From Fistulifera solaris (taxonomy: Eukaryota): 64,000 nucleotides of DNA. Positions within the stretch are counted from its first letter, which is position 1. Every line of letters starts with the position of its first letter. The DNA is taken from assembly GCA_030295235.1 (NCBI GenBank), contig AP026176.1, forward strand, positions 186,001 through 250,000, written 5' to 3'. The notes beneath the pieces are model-generated. The model saw only the letters and a program-made list of their open reading frames with translations. It was not told the DNA's origin and did no database searches. Shown here one piece after another: positions 45,922 to 59,160 of this stretch. The position numbers and the translations under genes are program-made.

Positions 45922-47009
45922 ATGAGGAAAATGTCAGCAAATATGCGAACGCATCTCGAATTTCTTCTCGCAGTCTTCTTCGGACTTTTATGTTACAGCC
46001 AATCCTTTCTTTTCCGGTCACTCGAAAGAAGTTAGTAGTACAACAAAGAACAAGCGCACAAAAGTCAACAATAGAGAAAGAAGTTGCACTACGAACCTAT
46101 TCCTACAAGGACTACAATGTCACTTATCGCTACAAACCTCCGGCACCGGGACATGAACGGGATGCACCTTTATTGCTGATACATCCGGTCGGAATCGGGT
46201 TATCGTCGTGGTTTTGGGAGAATTTCATGGACGCTTGGGAATATGGAGGACCCGTCTATGCGCCTGATTTGTGGGGCTGTGGAACTGTCTCGGACAATGA
46301 TTTAGGGCAGATGCCGTCGTCCTCGTTTCCGGATCGCTGGGTGGAAGCCTGTGAGAGTATGCTATCGCTGGCTGTGGACTCGGGCGCCCCGAAGAAGTCA
46401 CTTTTCCCTTTTGTCGGAAAATCATGGAGTAGCCCTTCCACCACGAGTCGATGGGTTGTTGTCGCACAGGGGGGCTTGGCACCCATTGGTGTTCGCGTGG
46501 CGCATCGGAATCCATCGCAAATCTCGCACTTGATTCTGACGTCTCCACCGACGTGGTCGGACATGACGACCGCGATTCCTCTCAACGAACTACAGCGCAA
46601 TGACTAATTTTTGCGATCTCCCGTGTGGGGATCTTTGGCCTTTGGGTTGTTGGAGACGCGCTGGGCGGTGTCTTTCTTTTCGAATTTGTTCTTATTTGCT
46701 AGTAATCATGTCAACGATACGACCAAGTGGCTGGATTGTGTGCAAGCCGGTGTCGGTCCAGCGCAACGATATGCGGTCATGTCATTCAATGCCGGATTTT
46801 GTCAACAAGTGTCGAATGAAAAGGAGCTGACGGAATTACCACAGCCAACTCTTATTTTACAAGGCGATGAAGACAAGTCGCGGAATCGACATGAGTATGT
46901 ACAAAAGATGAAAGACTGTCGAATACAAACGATATTGGGAAAGAATGTGCTTCCTTGGGAAAGTCCTGATCACGTCTGCCGAGCAATTCAGGATTTTTTA
47001 GACACATGA
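45922..47009 (+). CDS. Plastid-targeted alpha/beta-hydrolase-fold protein
   Basis: Presequence ...CYSQS-FLF; PLLLIHPVGIG, VYAPDLWGCG, PTLILQGDED. Nucleophile elbow reads AQGG and the usual catalytic His position reads NVLPWE. Frameshifts ~46010 and ~46605. Confidence 0.78.
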
Positions 47010-47568
47010 GAAGTTGATTTGACGACAAAAGACGTGCTCTTGATTTGATCATGCGATTGCGCTTTGTCGAACAAAAGAAACGAACTCACCGAGAGCAAGC
47101 AATGATCATCTGCGGTGTTCTCGAATCGTTCGCATTTCACTTTTATGTTTCATTTGGACGTTACAGCCTTTTCTAATTGATACCATTCTGGTCTAGAATT
47201 CTTGACACTAAGATTACTCACACATACGGTAGCTCTATTTTTAGCTAAGCTTGAGTGACTGCCTGCAATAAAGAGCAACGGCCTAGTCCTAAGATTTACT
47301 CCGGAGTAGTTAGAGATGAATCATTTCGGTACTTCATCTCGTAATAGCAACCGTGAAGTTCGATGACTATATCATGAAATGTACTTCGTTCTTCTTTCAA
47401 AATGTTGACAGAGATGATGACCATGACCGAGCCCAAATGCGAATGCGACGATGACGCCTTCTTGCCTCTCTACGATGTCACCGCAGTTGCTTATACAAAC
47501 AGCGAGCTGCTCGTTACTGCATCAACAAGTATCTGCATTGATTTCGAGTTCATAGTTTGTGGTAAAAC

Positions 47569-49061
47569 ATGGAGACAAGCAGAGCAGAGGACGATTTCCT
47601 CGAATTGATCCCCAAACGACGATTGTCGTATCAACAATTTGCGTTAAAACCCCGCAAACGGAGAAACTATATGCCGATGTATCGTTTCCGACGGGATCCG
47701 AGCCATCTGAACGAAATAGATTGGGAAAACTACCACAATACTTTTCTATGGCGCGACAACAAAACTATCATTCATGTGGGTGTACAAGGTGAATTTTTCA
47801 AGGCACCGCAGAAACGTATCAGTTTCTATATTCTTCGCGGAGATAAGGAAATGCTACGATGCGCCATTTTTGGGAAAACGGATGCTGCTATTGCTGAAAC
47901 AATCAGCTTTCTTTGGTCGTTGAGAGCCGAAGACGGCGGACAACGTAAGCACGTCAACTCGCTGCTGATCGATTTTGTAGTCGATTTTGACGTTACTGTC
48001 CTGACGGCAAAGCAATTAGCTCGAATATTGGATTCAAACCCCACACGGGATTATTATCTTGCAGGAGGAGCTTGGAGTACACAACAAGCCGTGGTTATGG
48101 CGACAAGGCCTTATTCAATAGATTTAAAGCTTGGAGGGGAACCCTTTGCTTTTGAAGACGATGGGTTGGCGTTCGTGGATGCCCTGAGAAAACGTCAAAC
48201 GCCTTTCGGATCACTATGGATTACTCTCAACAGAAATGAAAGAGGTTTTAGTCGGGCTAACATGGAGCGTCTGTTGAAATTGGAGGTATTGGAGAGCATA
48301 AAAGTTACTTCTAGGTATGAGGGCCGCTTCCTTGAGCCGCTCTCCGCCAAGGCCAAAGCTTTGGAATATATTACTGAAGGGCGCTTTTATCGGCCAGAAG
48401 ATTTCGAGTCGATTGAAATTCCCGCAAAAGATTTGAACCTTACATGGTACTTGGATGAAACTGGCAACTACAATGGCCTTCTCATCTCCTTCTTGAACCG
48501 TGTTGCCGACTTGGGGCACCTGGAAAGATTAAATCTTTCAACATCCCGCAGCCAGTGGGCCCTTGATAACGAATTTCCCAATATTAGCGAGTTTCCAGCC
48601 ATAACGAAGGCATTGGTCGATGCGATAGCCGGAAACCAAAAGTTGACTCACCTGAATTTGCAAGACACTTATTTTCTGTGGTACTATCCCCCTCATTTGG
48701 ATTTCCAAGAAATATTCAGGGTAATTGAAAACCATGGAAGTCTGCGATCGTTTAGAATCTCTGAATACCCACGGGCGGATCCCAATTACTCTTGGCTGAA
48801 GCAGCTGCTGTCGAGGAATCGGTACATCACCGTTTTTGATAGTTGTGGTATTAGGTGCTCCGATGGGTCAAGCGTCGATCAGATGTATGCCCTGAATTAT
48901 TTTTTCTGTGGATCAGCCGAGTTAATGAAGGTTTCTTCATCGCTGCGCCCCACACTGGTGGCAACAGCCCTCATGGAAAGCGCTTCCGAATGTTTCAGTA
49001 TGCAGCACTTTTGTTGTCCGACCACACTGACGTCTTGTGTGAATGTCTGCAAGAATATTAG
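47569..49061 (+). CDS. RNI/LRR-like lineage-expanded hypothetical protein (copy 1)
   Basis: DDFLELIP...YRFRRDP...LWRDN, degenerate LxxLxL repeats, WLKQLLSRNR; frameshift ~48995 restores FQYAALLLSDHTDVLCE. Confidence 0.75.
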
Positions 49062-49778
49062 TTGGCACGGTCATAATGGTTGTCACGATAATCAATACTC
49101 CGTAATCTTGAATAGCTAGGGCTTTTGGAGCACTTGTTCGTTGCATAATGCACAGAGACAAGACCGTACATAGAGCTTTACTTTTATCGACTTGCGAAAA
49201 GTTTAGTTGAGACGCTCCTCTCATCCATTTTTCCTAACAACGGATGAAACAAGGATGTAATGTCATTCAACGTCTCATAGCTTTTCGTCGGACTGGAGGG
49301 GACTTAAGTCATACATTCGTACTGGTATTCTGATGATACAAGCGACCGTGAAAAAGAGAATGATTAAAAGTTATGCGCAATCACTCGATTTAGATGTTTA
49401 GCTGATTTTAGATGGTAAGTTCTTAGTCTATAATTTTTGCCACTTATGTTATATGCATTAGCTCTCTCTAGGCTATAATTTAGGATTACTACAACTCATT
49501 GCATAGAGCAACATAGGTCATAGGTCATGTATCAAGAGTCATAGCGGTACACAACTGATGAAACTTGCTAAACTATAGCACAAAATGTATTCGAAATTTT
49601 CAAATTCGAGAAATACTATAGACTAGAGAGAGAAACGCGACGACGATATGCGAGATGCGCGACCATGATGACCGCGCTTATCTCCTGCCCGCGACGATGT
49701 CACCATAGCTGGGTTATGTACGTCGCTGCATCAACAGGCATTCCGCATTCATCTAAAAATTCATAGTTGGTGCAAAAG

Positions 49779-51436
49779 ATGGAGAAAAGGGCAGAAGACG
49801 ATTTCCTCGAATTGATCCCCAAACGACGATTGTCGTATCAGCAAATTGCGTTAAGACCCCGCCGTTGGAGAAGAAAGAATACGCCGACGTACCGCTTTCG
49901 ACGAGATCCAAGCCATCTGAACGAAATTGACTGGAAAAAGTACGGCAATACCTTTTTATGGCGTGACAACAAAACGATCATTCATGTGGGCGATTTCGAT
50001 GAATACTACATCACTCCAAAGAAACATATTAGTTTCTATATTTTATACGGAAACAAGGAAGTGATGAGGTGCGCAGTTTATGGGAAAACGGATGTTGCTA
50101 TAGCCGAAACAATAAGCTCTCTTTGGTCGTTGAGAGCTGTAGTAGAAGACGACAACCAAGGAAGAACCAACTCGTTGCTTATCGATTTCGTAATCAATTT
50201 TGACGTAACTGCCCTGACGACAGAGCAACTAATTCGTGTATTGGATGCGAATCCAAAACGGGAAATTTATATTGCAGGAGGAGTTTGGAGTACACAACAA
50301 GCAGTAGTTATGGCGACAAGGCCTTATACATTGAATCTAAAGTTAGGAGGGGAACCGTTTGCTTTCGAAGACGATGGGACGGCTTTTGTAAATGCCCTGG
50401 AAACACGGCAAACTCCCTTTGGATCGCTGCGGCTCTGCTTAAACAAGGATGAACAAGGTTTTAGCCGGGCCAACATGGAGCGCCTTTTGAATCTCGAGGT
50501 ATTGGGAAATATAAAAATAGTTCCTGTTTCTTACGAGGGCCCCTTCCTTGAACCGCTCTCCGCCAAGGTGAATGAATTGGATTACGACATCGAGGCGCGC
50601 TATTATCAACCAGAAGATTTTGAGACTCTTCTTATTCCTGCGAAGGATTTGAAACTAACATGGTATATGGATGAGACAAACAACTACAATAGACTTCTCA
50701 TTTCATTCCTGAATCGGATCGCACAGCTTGGGCACGTGGAAAGCTTGCGTATTTCAACGTATGGTAATCAGTGGGTCGATGATCACGGAACTTTAGATTT
50801 CATCGAGTTTCCAGAACTCACAAAAGCCTTGATCGGTGCAATAACCGGCAATAAAAAGTTGAAGCATCTTGATTTGAGCCACTGTTACTTTATGGGGAAC
50901 TTTCTCCATCATTTGGATTTCAAAGAAGTATTCCAGGCTATTGAAAATCACGAAGGGTTACGAACGTTATTAATATACGGATACCCGCGGGAGGATCCAA
51001 GTTACTGTTGGCTGAAACGACTACTCTCGAGAAATCGGTATATCACGGTTCTTGACAATCGCGATCAGAAGTGTTCCGATGGGTCCAGTGTCGATCAGTT
51101 GTACACTCTGAATTACTTTTACTGTGGATCGGCCGATTTAATGAAGGATTCGTCATTAATGCGACCCGCACTGATTGTGACAGCTCTGACGGAAAGCGCA
51201 TCCAGAAACTTTCAGCGCACTGCCTTGTCTCTTTTCATCATACAGATATGCTATGCGAAATTCTACACGAATTGGTTGGAGGCGGAGAACGTTCTGTTGA
51301 CCCACCTATCCCTATCGAGGCCGTATTGCCTGTCGCTACTACCACTATAGATGAAGCGAAAGAATTCGATCCATTGAATCGAAAAGCGAAGTCTCGGTTC
51401 TCCGGTTCGCCCAAGAAAAGGATGAGATATAATTGA
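49779..51436 (+). CDS. RNI/LRR-like hypothetical protein (copy 2)
   Basis: Colinear paralog; ~100 bp of upstream sequence is also homologous to that of copy 1; frameshift ~51230; basic tail. Confidence 0.75.
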
Positions 51437-51934
51437 TTCCCCCGTTTGTGAGCGCATCTACAAAGGCTGATTTTGTTAGCAGTCACTTAGCTTTCATGTT
51501 GAAGAAACAATTCACCCGGACGAGGTTTGTGTTCACGTGTTGAATATTAAGTGGATTTTTCCAGACGAGGTTTGTGAAACACAACACTTCTCTGATACGA
51601 ACGAATTAATTTTTGCACTTGTCATCTTTCTGGTGTATCCAGACCTTATGAGGCTCAGTATTACTATACACTTTGATGTAGCGAATACAATTCTATACAT
51701 AGCAATGATAGCACGACACGACTGGATATTACTTTTAATCATAGATTCGTACCGCTACGTTTACGCATATTATAGAACGTGAAAGCAATGAGCTGTGATT
51801 AGGATAGTACTTCGAAAACAACATCGCATGTTGTTTACTTTCATGCAAGCACACACGGTTATTGACAATACAGAATCCTTGCATAATAAACGAACTTTTA
51901 CTTCCTATGCTTTCTAACAAAAAACAAAAACAAG

Positions 51935-53595
51935 ATGGAGAAGGAAGATGATTTGCTGGAGCTCATACCGAGGGAACGGCTGTCGCCGGAGCAGTTGGCA
52001 GCTATTCCGAGATTGTGGAGACGGCCCTCGGAGATGCCCATCTACCGGTTGCGTCGAGAACTGCGCAGTTTAGACGAAGTGAACTGGAAAAAGTATGAAA
52101 AGTCGTTTATTTGGCGAGACAATGGGACACTGATTTGTATTGGAGAAGACGGGCTCTTACGACTTGACAACAAATTCATAGCCTTCGGGATTTCTCATGG
52201 CGATGGGGGTTTACTCGAAGGAGCAGTTTACGGGGAAAATGACACTGCGATAGCGGAGACAGTCACCTTTTTCTGGTCGCTAAACGCCCCAGAAAAGAAA
52301 AAACGCCCGGTATAGAAGTCACTCTCTAGCGATCAAGGAGTCGCGCGATTTTAAATTTTCCGCTTTGCCCGCTTGGCTCGCATCACGGATGCGAATCCTA
52401 CACGAGAATTTTATTTCGGAACAGGAATATGGACTGTGAAACAGGCTAGGATATTGCATCAAGGCCCTATCAAATGGAAATGACGTTGGCAGGAAATGAG
52501 CTTGAACGGTGTAGTTTTGCTTTTCGCGACGGTGGAAAGGAATTTGTGAATGTGCTAGAAAAACGACAGTCCGCCTTTGGTACGCTAAATATTTACTTTG
52601 GAAAACTTGGAAAGGCATTTAAGTGTGACAACCTACAACGTCTGTTGAAACTTGACGTATTCGAGAAACTGAAACTTCATTCCTTGGACGAAAAGGAATG
52701 TGCGATCCTTCCGTTTTCTGCCCAAGTAAATGGCTTAGACTACGACGTTGATGCGCATCTCTTTGAGCCAGAAGACTTCGAATCGGTAAATATAGTTGCA
52801 AAGGATCTGAATTTGCGATTGATTTTGGATAACTCGAACAACTTTAATGAAGTCGTTAATTCGGTTCTGGACCGAGTCGCCGCTTCGGGAAAGGTTGAGA
52901 GATTGACTCTGGCAACTCACTACATCGAATTTCCCAGTGACGCTTTTCCATATCGTGAAATTGACGATTTGACACCTTTTACAAGGGCACTGGTCACTGC
53001 AATCATCAATAATCCCAAGCTATCGTACTTGGATCTCAGTAGCATGTATTGGCATATGGATTGGGCGCCCCATGTGAAAGAGATATTCGAGGCGTTGGAA
53101 GCTCATGAAGAAATACGGACTCTAAAAATCAGTCAGTATCGATACAACGACCCGAACTATTCGTGGCTGAAGCAGCTGCTCTCGCGAAATCGTAAAATAG
53201 CTGTCGTTGGTGACTGGAATGAAAGACTCTCCTATGGATCAAGTGTCGATAAGCTTTATGCCTTGAACGGCTTGTATTGTGGATCTGCAGACCTGAAACA
53301 GGACGCCGCATCGTCGCGACCCTTACTTGTTGTAACATCATTGATTGAGAAGGCTTTGCGAAATTTTCAGCATATTTCCTTACTGCTAGCGGATCACAGT
53401 GATATCCTGTGTGAGTTCTTGAATGATGTAGAACTCGAGGCTTTGGTTGCGGTACCATCAGTCCCAGAGGAGACTTTGGCGCCGGCGACTGTTCCTACCG
53501 AGTCGAAACACCACGGAACTTCCAAGCGTAGTTCAAAACGTCGTCATCTCGTGCCGCCAAGAGAGCGGCACGCGGCACTAAATAATTGTAAGTAG
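51935..53595 (+). CDS. RNI/LRR-like hypothetical protein (copy 3, divergent)
   Basis: Same N- and C-terminal motifs; several frame breaks between ~52295 and ~52460. Confidence 0.7.
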
Positions 53596-53861
53596 TAGTT
53601 TGATTTAGAGCGATCAATTACGTCCTTTGGGTATCGGTAGAGTGAGCCATTAGCGTCGACGCTCTATTTTCAGGGTCGCCAAGAGAACACCCTAGTGTTA
53701 GTACCGGAAGGACTTCAACAGATTCTCACAAGGACTTCCGCGAAAAGGTCGTGCTCGTGCATAAAAATGCGACGCGACTTTTTTTTTTTTTTTTTTTTTT
53801 GCTTCGCGGTCCTCTGTTATTACTCTGTTTTACACCTATACTTGCATTGCATTCATTCATC

Positions 53862-54902
53862 ATGGCTGTTTTCCAGCGAATCTTTTTACAAGGCATGCGT
53901 AGACGGATAAGGCAGCGGGGCCTGGCGTTGAACGATCGCAGAAGACGACAAGGGACACAGAGCACGGCACACGAGGCAAACCCAGCAAAAAGCAAGTCGT
54001 CGTCTTTTCCTCCCAAGAATCACAGTAACACTACAAACACAAATATCCAAGACCCGAATTTAGTTTATGATAAAAACGATATTCCGAAAGCCTTCGCTAT
54101 CGGGACTTTGGCGGGGACGATGGGATCGTTGGCCGGAATGGGCGGAGGTTTTGTCATGATACCGCTGTTGACGGGAGTCTGTCGATTAAGTCAACATCAA
54201 GCTCACGGAACTTCATTGGCGGCTGTTATGGCGACCGGTCTCGCGGGGGCTGTCTCGTATCAAGATCACGTGGATCTTGCCGCGGCGGGGCCGTTGACGG
54301 CGGCGGCCATGCTCACGGCTTCTCTGGGAGCCAAAACGACGACATTCTTATCGGAAAAATGGCTCAAACGGGCACTAGGAGTCTTGTTATTGGTCATGGG
54401 CCCCGCGGTACCGGCCAAGCAACATATTGTTGAACAATATGCGCATCTTCATTATCCGCAAAAGACAATAGAACTTGAAGAAAAACACGCGACATCAGCA
54501 TCACACAGTATCGCCTCGTCTTATCCCAAATGGGTCGCCCCGGCATGTATTGGGCTGTGTTCGGGATATCTGGCAGGCTTGTTTGGTGTGGGAGGTGGTA
54601 CTCTGGTCGTACCGGCGTTGCTGTTTACTCAGCAAAACGATTCTTCTGCTCCTTACACACACCATCGAGCACTCGCCACTTCGTTGGCGGCCATGGTACT
54701 CCCCGCTTTCGTCGGAACGGTGACACACTCCACGGCGGGAAACGTTGCATTTCGTGTGGCACCCCCGTTGGCATTGGGGGCGTTGTTGGGGGCGTATGGA
54801 GGTGGGAAATTAGCCATTGCGACGAACGAGTCGACTTTGCAATGGGGATTTTCAGCCCTCTTGGTATTACTGGGAGTGCGGACCTTACAAAAGACCTTTT
54901 GA
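53862..54902 (+). CDS. TSUP (TauE/SafE) family membrane transporter
   Basis: Two repeats: GSLAGMGGGFVMIPLL...AHGTSLA and AGLFGVGGGTLVVPAL...ALATSLA; Arg-rich N-terminal presequence. Confidence 0.9.
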   Translation: MAVFQRIFLQGMRRRIRQRGLALNDRRRRQGTQSTAHEANPAKSKSSSFPPKNHSNTTNTNIQDPNLVYDKNDIPKAFAIGTLAGTMGSLAGMGGGFVMIPLLTGVCRLSQHQAHGTSLAAVMATGLAGAVSYQDHVDLAAAGPLTAAAMLTASLGAKTTTFLSEKWLKRALGVLLLVMGPAVPAKQHIVEQYAHLHYPQKTIELEEKHATSASHSIASSYPKWVAPACIGLCSGYLAGLFGVGGGTLVVPALLFTQQNDSSAPYTHHRALATSLAAMVLPAFVGTVTHSTAGNVAFRVAPPLALGALLGAYGGGKLAIATNESTLQWGFSALLVLLGVRTLQKTF

Positions 54903-55143
54903 AGTCGTTCAATGAGAAAGAGTTATTCATTGCAGCATCTGACGCATAACTACAGGTACATGGACTGTAAAGGGAACCAATCATGACACGAAGGAGATCA
55001 AACAAAGGATTACCATAGAACTTAAATGTCATGAAAGGAAAGAAGCTTATTTCGGCGCTTGGAGTCAAGTGCAGGTCGAGAATGCTGTTCCTTGACATAT
55101 TTATACCATGTAATCATCACATGTATAGTAGAGTGCTCATGAA

Positions 55144-55527
55144 TTATTCTGGCTGGTGAGCTGAACTTGTGCGAATTTCATTGTCATCCTCGTCACTGTC
55201 TTGTTGAACAGATGTTTCTCCCTCACTATTGGCACTTTGTTTGGCTTCTTCTTCGGCTCTTCGTTCTGAGGAAGAAGCAAAAGGTGCAACCCTGTGACTA
55301 TCATCGCCAATGGTTAGCATGGACGAACTCGACTCGTGCAAATCAGGCGCAGAACTGCTGGAGTGATCCATGTTCATAGTACTGGAACCGTCTAGTTGTC
55401 TCGATATTTCCAAAGCTTCGGTGAGTATTTCGCAAAGTTGCCTTCTCCTTTCGTCGGCAGACATGGTATCGTTGTCGTTATTGTTGTTGACATTGCGCGC
55501 GTTCTGATTCGGTTGGCGTCGTGACAT
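55144..55527 (-). CDS. Small low-complexity hypothetical protein
   Basis: RRRQLCEILTEALEI helix within an S/N/D-rich sequence; alternative start at 55584. Confidence 0.5.
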   Translation of the reverse strand: MSRRQPNQNARNVNNNNDNDTMSADERRRQLCEILTEALEISRQLDGSSTMNMDHSSSSAPDLHESSSSMLTIGDDSHRVAPFASSSERRAEEEAKQSANSEGETSVQQDSDEDDNEIRTSSAHQPE

Positions 55528-56802
55528 TCTTCTTCGTCTCAGCAATGATGTGAACGAAGAAAGATCGAAGTGTTGCTTATTCATGAGAGTCAACTGGGAA
55601 GTGCTTACTTGAGGCAGTATCTTAGTAGAGCGTTGAGGTGCGTGCCATTGCTTGTGATGAAGTTCCCAGAAAATAGCTGAACAGCTCATGTTTTTCGCCC
55701 CCGTTGGTTTCACACGACATCCTACGCATTTGGACAATCGGCATTTTCTCGACCGCGTTTCGGAGAAACGGGGACGATTGCCGCGCTCATTTCTCTCAGT
55801 GGGGAAATTTTAGTGTCAGTTCTGTTTCTCTTGTCTTGACAATTCTTGAGTCTTAATCTTGGTGTCGTGCTATCTACGTACAATTTCTCAACTGACGTTA
55901 TGTGACGCCACAGTATACAGTACTAAAGGTAAGAAACAGAATCTATTGTCACTGGAATTTTATGCGAACTGAGTGACACTATCTCCTTCTGTAATGAATT
56001 TGTCCTATAGCCTTCGAAACCAGGGGAGTTCTACTGTATATTCCAATGTAAGTATCGTAGTTTGCTCAATACAAAAAAGAAGAGACTAGAAATGTGCTGT
56101 GGATATAAGTGTATAAGCTCGGTCGTGTTGGGACTTCCGTCAGCACAAAAAGAACGGAAAATGTTATGTAGCGCGCTCCCTGAGTAGAATTTAGCACGTT
56201 GGGTTTTCACTTTCCAAATACTTACTTAACCCCTCCTTTAATTTTATTTCAGCCTCGTAATGAATTTCCATTTATGCCAGATTCACGTTGATTCACTCTA
56301 CGCATTGTGTACTATGTACTATCGATCTTTTCCACGTGACTTCGTGATTTCTCTGTTCAACCGTAAGTAGCACCTAATTTCTCTTACTCTTACTTCACAG
56401 ACGGTCATTCTCTTTCCTCAAAAGATTATTGCCTTTTCAGAATTTTCGTCCTTTGAAATTTCTTTTATTCGCTCTGAGCAACATTACAGAAACTTCTTAT
56501 CAATCCTCGACTTTATTGCCATTCAATGGTAATTTTCCACATTTAACACATTCATCGGACGCTTGACCACCATCCAATCATCGTACCCTACAAACTGCAA
56601 GTTCCCATCGTCGGTGTTTGCAGTTGGAAGGTGCAATTTCAACCGCAACCCTAAACTCCCTAGAAACTCTGGAAAAATGAACCAGAGGCGAATTAAAACA
56701 GATGGTGAAGGAAAATACTCCGTAGATCTACACAGACTCAGAGCTCAGAATAGGCCGTTGGGTGTTTCATGAAGAGTCCGGAGCGTCGCATTCGGACTAT
56801 AT

Positions 56803-59160
56803 CCCTGATGAGGGTCAGACGAACATATGTTCGTTTTAGGTTTCTAAAACGAACATATGTTCGTTTTAGAGCCTCTCGTGTGACACACGTAGAAATTTGT
56901 ACCAAAACGGATTTCTCGTCCTTTGCGACTTGCGACACAACAACAACACGATTTTTTTCGTCGCTGACATCTTCGAAGCACAAAAGTAAGTTCGTAATCT
57001 ATTGTTTGACAATTAAATATGTTAATAAATGATTTGAATTGCTTTCTGAATCATTTGATATGCATTTTGGGGAGTTTGACGCCCGAGGTAAGTCAATCTT
57101 TTGCGAAATAGTGTCTCGAAACGCCGTTTGGCGCAACTGTGTGTACCATTAAATAATTCAGAAAAGACCCGCTATGCCTCGCATTAATTGCCTTGATTCA
57201 TCACTGTCCATTATTAAAACCTTTTATTGTCAAACAGCGACTAGCTTGCTGCTGTCTCGAGACTCAATGTCGACTTATGCGATATTTACTGTCGCCAATT
57301 CTGTGTTTGGAAGGATGCCGAAGGGTCACTAATGGAACGTAGATGCTTCGCAACAGCTCTCATGGTAAGACTTTTATGTTCTTTGACTATAATGCATCTT
57401 CAATGATGATCTGATGAGGTTTTTACTTATCTGAGTCGTTTGCAAACAGGTTTGTTCTTTATTTCGGTTGACGGATTATGATGTGTTTGTTTGATTGTCG
57501 CCTGGTCGTGAGCTCTGGCTAATCTTCGAGTGCAGACAAGGGGCAACATGAAACAATCAACCTCCAGTTTATCTTCAATTTATTATTTGAAGTTGTGACT
57601 AAGTTGTCCATGGAACTGATTGTTCCGAAGAACCGAGGAAAGTTTATAGTTCTATTTTCAGTCAAAATGGATACTAGCGAGCCAGAGAGGGCTGACGACG
57701 CAGCCAAAGTGGACCAGTCAACAATCAACCTGCTTTTTCTATGATAACTTGGATGCTCACTTGCTTTCCTGGTCGAAGATTGCAAAATACATGTGTCGTT
57801 TGCAACCACTTTTCACAAGAATGAATGGGTGGTGACAACCACCAAAGTCGTCTTTGTCATAACTGCTTTGAATTGAAACTTGGAAAATGTCGCTGCGCCT
57901 AGTCATTCATTCGTAAAGGTTAAGCTTGAAGTTTCATCTTTGTTGAGTGATGGGTATCTTTTGGGCAATCTCATGCGACGGTGTCGAGCAGAATATCATC
58001 AGCTTACGGTCTTGATTGTCGAGCCGGTGCCGAGAGCTTGATATTTTGTTTAATCCGATATCGCTGGTGCCAATTTTGTGGTGTCAATTCAGTTTGTGTT
58101 TCATATTTTAGTTTAAAACTGCAGTAAAAGGTGACGCTGACAGACTGAACGTGGAATGTATTCGTGACGATGAGCTGAGAGACTTAGTCGACGACAAATT
58201 TAATGAGATACGTGCTAAAAAACGGAATCACGACATAGTGTAACAATAGACTAAATCAAGATGATTATAACAAAAGTATTTAGAGCTAATGAAGCGGGTA
58301 AAGCGACGTCAAGGAAAGAAAGAATGTGAGATGGCGGCGCACCATGTTTTAAGATACACTAACGCAGAATTGTTAGCTCACCGCTAACAACCATCCAAAG
58401 AAAGCCTACAACCGTGGAATAAGCGCTTCTGTTGCAGAAGGTATATTTCTTTGCTAAGAAGCATGACAAGCAGTTTATGTCTCGTGCACGGCAACAATCA
58501 TAGCTCAGTCGACGGTCGGTCGATGAACCCAACATCATATTAATACGCAACTACCACGTTTAAAGGGTCAATTCAAAGCATGTTTCACTGTTTAACAAGT
58601 CTCTATAGCATAAGGAGGCGAGTAGGGACACAGTTGCTGTATTTTTAACGACTGGTCGTACTTTTGCGGCCGGATCACATACCGGACATCGAAAAATTAC
58701 GTTCGCCACGTCCAAATAACACCATCGCAACGCATTTAGAAAGGCCAAATCCGCGAAAAAATTATGCAGGCTATCATTCAAATGATTTTTATGAATGTTA
58801 CGGTAAATTATGATCTGTTTTGACGTTGAGGAGATGAAAGAATAAGTGTGGAAGGTCGACGGTCGGTGTTCCGTCGAAATGGCCGATGCACGTTGTATCG
58901 CCAGGCGTTCGCTACCTACGGCTCGTTTAGCCGCGCCGGCGGCTCGAAGCTCCTATTTAGTGAACAAGGTAACACTATGTAGAAGGAAAACGTTGTTCGA
59001 CAACATCGCGCACCTCTTTTGTTGATTACCAATTAGCAGCAAGAAAAACATGTTGGTTGTTTTGTTGCGAGGCGGAGAAATCCGTTGTGGTACAAATCCT
59101 ACGTGTGTCACACGAGAGGCTCTAAAACGAACATAAGTTCGATTTACGGCCTCTATCGGG
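56803..59160. mobile_element. ~2.35-kb degenerate or non-autonomous DNA element with long terminal inverted repeats
   Basis: Perfect 37-bp inverted match 56856-56892 / 59099-59135 inside ~100 bp of imperfect IR. No intact internal ORF. Outer ends and TSD uncertain. Confidence 0.75.

Noticed and set aside
53778..53800. Poly-T run extending the TSUP ORF upstream
   Set aside because: A simple homopolymer in the leader; ATG 53862 is the more plausible start.
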